From IMG/VR virus record IMGVR_UViG_3300021400_001341, positions 1 to 64,000 of that record: a stretch of DNA of 64,000 bases; one strand, written 5' to 3'. The notes beneath the pieces are model-generated. The model was not told the origin of the DNA, searched no databases, and saw nothing but the letters and a program-made list of their open reading frames with translations. A program made the position numbers and the translations under genes. Every line of letters starts with the position of its first letter. Position 1 is the first letter of the stretch. Shown here one piece after another: positions 61,446 through 64,000 of this stretch. Origin of the DNA: a virus (taxonomy: Duplodnaviria > Caudoviricetes).

Positions 61446-61540
61446 TGGCTACGGGGTAGGATTTTCCTACATACTGACATGGTTTTTTGTTAGCGTCCTT
61501 GTCTCCCGGTCTTTGGTTGGGAGCAGTTAAACGACCCGTA
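61446..61540 (-). ncRNA. degenerate tRNA-like RNA ending in CCA
   Basis: TACGGG/CCCGTA-G-CCA; GTAGG-AAAAT-CCTAC terminal arm; two internal hairpins. Confidence 0.35.
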
Positions 61541-61596
61541 TATGTTACTTAAGCTATTTGGTGGCGAGTGCCTGTACCGTCACCGCTCAGTATTGT

Positions 61597-61845
61597 TCAC
61601 AACTTCTTCTCTTTAACTGCTGAGTTTTCTACAAGTTCAAATTTGCTTGTATACTGCACTCCGCAAAAATCACATTTGCCCTCGCCGTACTTCAGTGTAA
61701 CTGTTCCACCGCATTTTGGACATACGATTGGCTTGACCGCAATAATATTGGCCTGCAATGCATATGTTTTACCGTTAACCGATATGGAGTGAATAAACCC
61801 GTCAACTTTTCGCTCGTTACCTTTTTCATCAACGATAGTTGGCAT
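61597..61845 (-). CDS. Zn-ribbon hypothetical protein
   Basis: CPKCGG...CDFCG; RBS AAGGGTG. Confidence 0.7.
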   Translation of the reverse strand: MPTIVDEKGNERKVDGFIHSISVNGKTYALQANIIAVKPIVCPKCGGTVTLKYGEGKCDFCGVQYTSKFELVENSAVKEKKL

Positions 61846-61883
61846 AATATCACCCTTTCAAACAAATTGTCACATCAAAGTCT

Positions 61884-62067
61884 ATAAGCGGGTGAGGATT
61901 TGCACCTCACATACGGGCTTTATTCTCCACAGTTCCGAGTTTTTACGTCCTCTACGACTGGAGCCGCTTTTTCGGCGCGTAGTCTCAACTCTCGCATGCC
62001 CGCCAACCGTCTACTGCTGCATCCCTGTGGATTTGTATTTTTGCCTACCTATTCCACCACCGCTTAT
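61884..62067 (-). ncRNA. tRNA-like RNA with expanded central region
   Basis: TAAGCGG/CCGCTTA acceptor; TGGTGGAATAGGTAG D arm; GTGAGG-TGCAAAT-CCTCAC T arm. Confidence 0.6.
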
Positions 62068-62083
62068 CATTATTTACTGAACG

Positions 62084-62650
62084 TCAGTCATTGTTTTCTT
62101 CTGGCGGTTTGATCGTGGCGTAAATATCACAATAGGTGGAATCAAAGGCATCATCAATCCTGCAGATGAACCATGGCTGATCTTTCACCTCGTTACAGTA
62201 ATACGGCCAGTTTCCGCCGCCGATTCTTGCATGGATATAAAGAACGTCAGGCCTGCCGCAATAACGATTGAATAATTCAAGCTGTTCACGATTACGCCGA
62301 TAAGCAGTTTTAATAACATACTTGAACTTCTTGCGCTTTTTACCATGAATACGATCCCATCTGACTCCGATAGGTGTGAAATGATCTGTGTCATACTTCA
62401 GGTACTTTCGCTTGATTCGACGGGTTCTGTCTGAACATTCGAAACAGTAGGCGTTGATCCGAAAGTCTGATTCACAGAGAGCTTCACATTCTTGCAGGCC
62501 CAATTGATTGGCAGATTCTGAAATATCGTCTGCAGAAATTGCTTTTTCCTGACTCATCAGCCTAAGTCCGCGCAGTCTTGGAACTGTGATTCCGTTGTCT
62601 ACCAGGATTTTGTCAAGATTTTCAATTTGTGCGTAGGCTCCCAAATCCAT
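62084..62650 (-). CDS. conserved hypothetical phage protein
   Basis: 188 aa; RBS AAGGAG; IHARIGGGNW, DDAFDSTYCDIY. Confidence 0.75.
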   Translation of the reverse strand: MDLGAYAQIENLDKILVDNGITVPRLRGLRLMSQEKAISADDISESANQLGLQECEALCESDFRINAYCFECSDRTRRIKRKYLKYDTDHFTPIGVRWDRIHGKKRKKFKYVIKTAYRRNREQLELFNRYCGRPDVLYIHARIGGGNWPYYCNEVKDQPWFICRIDDAFDSTYCDIYATIKPPEENND

Positions 62651-62684
62651 AATATTTTCTCCTTTTTAAGATGTGTTTGATTGA

Positions 62685-62834
62685 TTGAGCGGGTGAGGAT
62701 TTGCACCTCACATGACAGCCTTTACCAAGATCGCGGGTCGCATGAGCCATAGCTCCTTCTTCTCTCGGAGTAACGTTACCTCTCCGATGGTAGCTGTCTC
62801 CCGGTAGCACGTCTACCTTTTCCGTCACCTCTCG
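62685..62834 (-). ncRNA. tRNA-like RNA with expanded central region
   Basis: TGACGGAAAAGGTAGAC D arm; T arm and acceptor 3' strand nearly identical to the 61884 copy. Confidence 0.55.
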
Positions 62835-62855
62835 TTATACAGTAATTTAATAGCA

Positions 62856-62978
62856 TCACTTTTTCTGCGTTTCTCGTGCTTCAAAACACGAGTTACAAGC
62901 TCTTGCATCCATTTCACAATCCCACTTGTCACAGTAATTGTAATACCAATGGTAATGTATGCAATCGTCACAACTCAT
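62856..62978 (-). CDS. small Cys-rich peptide (40 aa)
   Basis: RBS GGAGGTG; MSCDDCIHY...YCDKWDC...CNSCF. Confidence 0.6.
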   Translation of the reverse strand: MSCDDCIHYHWYYNYCDKWDCEMDARACNSCFEARETQKK

Positions 62979-63017
62979 TTTGTATTCACCTCCGAAACAG
63001 CTAGTAAAACAGCAATC

Positions 63018-63320
63018 TTAATTGTCTGTTTTTCGCCTATCTACATAGTCTCCGATATTCACGGAATTATAATAATCTTCCGTAACATTCCACCATTCTT
63101 TTCCATCTTCGTTCTCGACAAGAATGCTCCATGAATCAGAATGTGATATCCATCGTGGAATAATCTGTGTATGTTTATTCTGTATCATTATAATAGGTTG
63201 ATATGTTCGATGTGCTGGAACAAACGATTTGTTTTTAACTGTTCCGTTATTTATATGGGTGCAACCTGTCAGACAAACCATCATGGCAAATAGGAGTGCC
63301 ACAATTATGATGCGTTTCAT
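63018..63320 (-). CDS. putative lipoprotein
   Basis: MKRIIIVALLFAMMVCLTG-C lipobox. Confidence 0.7.
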   Translation of the reverse strand: MKRIIIVALLFAMMVCLTGCTHINNGTVKNKSFVPAHRTYQPIIMIQNKHTQIIPRWISHSDSWSILVENEDGKEWWNVTEDYYNSVNIGDYVDRRKTDN

Positions 63321-63538
63321 ACTATGTTGTCGCCTTCTTCCTTGGCTAGTATCTGCATTTTCCATTTTCCATCTTTGATTCCCATTTCAATTAACGGGCA
63401 CCATTCTGGTCTCTTTGTAAAAGGATCATCTATTTCATCATCGTAAAAACTTTTATGATTGATTCCACAGTTTACATAATCATTGTTACATGGGCAATCT
63501 GAACGATTCTTAGGCATAGGAATATCAATTATTATCAT
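63317..63538 (-). CDS. small Cys-rich phage protein
   Basis: IDIPMP...KRPEWCPLIE. Confidence 0.6.
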   Translation of the reverse strand: MIIIDIPMPKNRSDCPCNNDYVNCGINHKSFYDDEIDDPFTKRPEWCPLIEMGIKDGKWKMQILAKEEGDNIV

Positions 63539-63815
63539 CCCATTTCACAGGCTTCCCACACTCATGGCAAAACTTGTCATTCGGATTGATCGCTGTTTTG
63601 CAGTTCCCACAGACATTCCACCATGTGGTACCGCCGCCGGAATGTTCACGCTCCGGTTTTACTGCTTCCTGCTCTTTTAGCGGACACCATTCCGGTCTTT
63701 TCTTGTCATCCGTATTTCCGCAGAAATTGTCTGGCATTGCTTTACAAAAATCGTATTCCGTATTAAATCGGCACTCATCGCAATTGTCCGGCATGTCTAT
63801 ATCAATCATAATCAT
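63525..63815 (-). CDS. small Cys-rich protein with C-terminal Zn ribbon
   Basis: IDIDMPDNCDEC...KRPEWCPLKEQEAV...CGNC...FCHECG. Confidence 0.65.
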   Translation of the reverse strand: MIMIDIDMPDNCDECRFNTEYDFCKAMPDNFCGNTDDKKRPEWCPLKEQEAVKPEREHSGGGTTWWNVCGNCKTAINPNDKFCHECGKPVKWDDNN

Positions 63816-63821
63816 TTCACT

Positions 63822-64000
63822 TCACCGACCTTCCACTTCATCATCCATTTTTGCACCGCAATGTCCGCAAAACTGTGACAGTTTCTTTTTCATCGGATAT
63901 CTGTCGAACATCTTAGTATGGCATTCAGAACAGTAAACCCCTTCGTTTGCACAAAATTGCAAGTAAATCCAATGCCCGGTCTTTGGTTCAACCGCTTTCT
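63822..64000 (-). CDS. Zn-ribbon protein, partial
   Basis: ...GHWI...CSECH...FCGHCGAKMD. Confidence 0.6.
   Translation of the reverse strand, partial: KAVEPKTGHWIYLQFCANEGVYCSECHTKMFDRYPMKKKLSQFCGHCGAKMDDEVEGR

Noticed and set aside
62622-62828. 68-aa minus-strand ORF
   Set aside because: Coincides with the tRNA-like RNA and has no RBS
61884-62834. Canonical tRNA genes or tmRNA
   Set aside because: No identifiable 7-nt anticodon loop at the expected position, non-canonical T loop, and too short for tmRNA

Overview
The window is part of a large tailed (siphovirus-like) phage or prophage genome, probably infecting a Clostridia/Bacillota host. Bases 1601-58556 (+) form a complete virion morphogenesis and lysis operon whose head-gene order resembles SPbeta-type phages: Zn-finger protein, terminase, portal, protease/scaffold, decoration protein, capsid, connectors, tail tube, frameshifted tail chaperone, tape measure, Dit, Tal, several modular tail fibres, an LRR protein, a GT2 glycosyltransferase, holins and two lysins. 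Leftward small genes flank it at both ends (1-1124 and 58661-64000), including HU, many small Cys-rich proteins and tRNA-like RNAs. The main finding is the 5006-aa tape measure protein. Its N-terminal third carries the ordered catalytic motifs of a single-subunit double-psi-beta-barrel RNA polymerase of the YonO / eukaryotic RdRP / crAss virion-RNAP type (DG..WIS, FQGR...K, RFP, LQGEDFDGD). These are followed by a RuvA-like HhH, a zinc knuckle and a Pro-rich linker, suggesting an RNA polymerase delivered with the tape measure protein. Other notable signals: mini-gene cassettes delimited by TTAAAGAACAC repeats, tRNA-like RNAs with expanded or missing anticodon arms, tail fibres built on a repeated scaffold with swappable inserts, and no TAG stop codons among the called genes. 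All calls come from reading motifs by eye; no searches were run.
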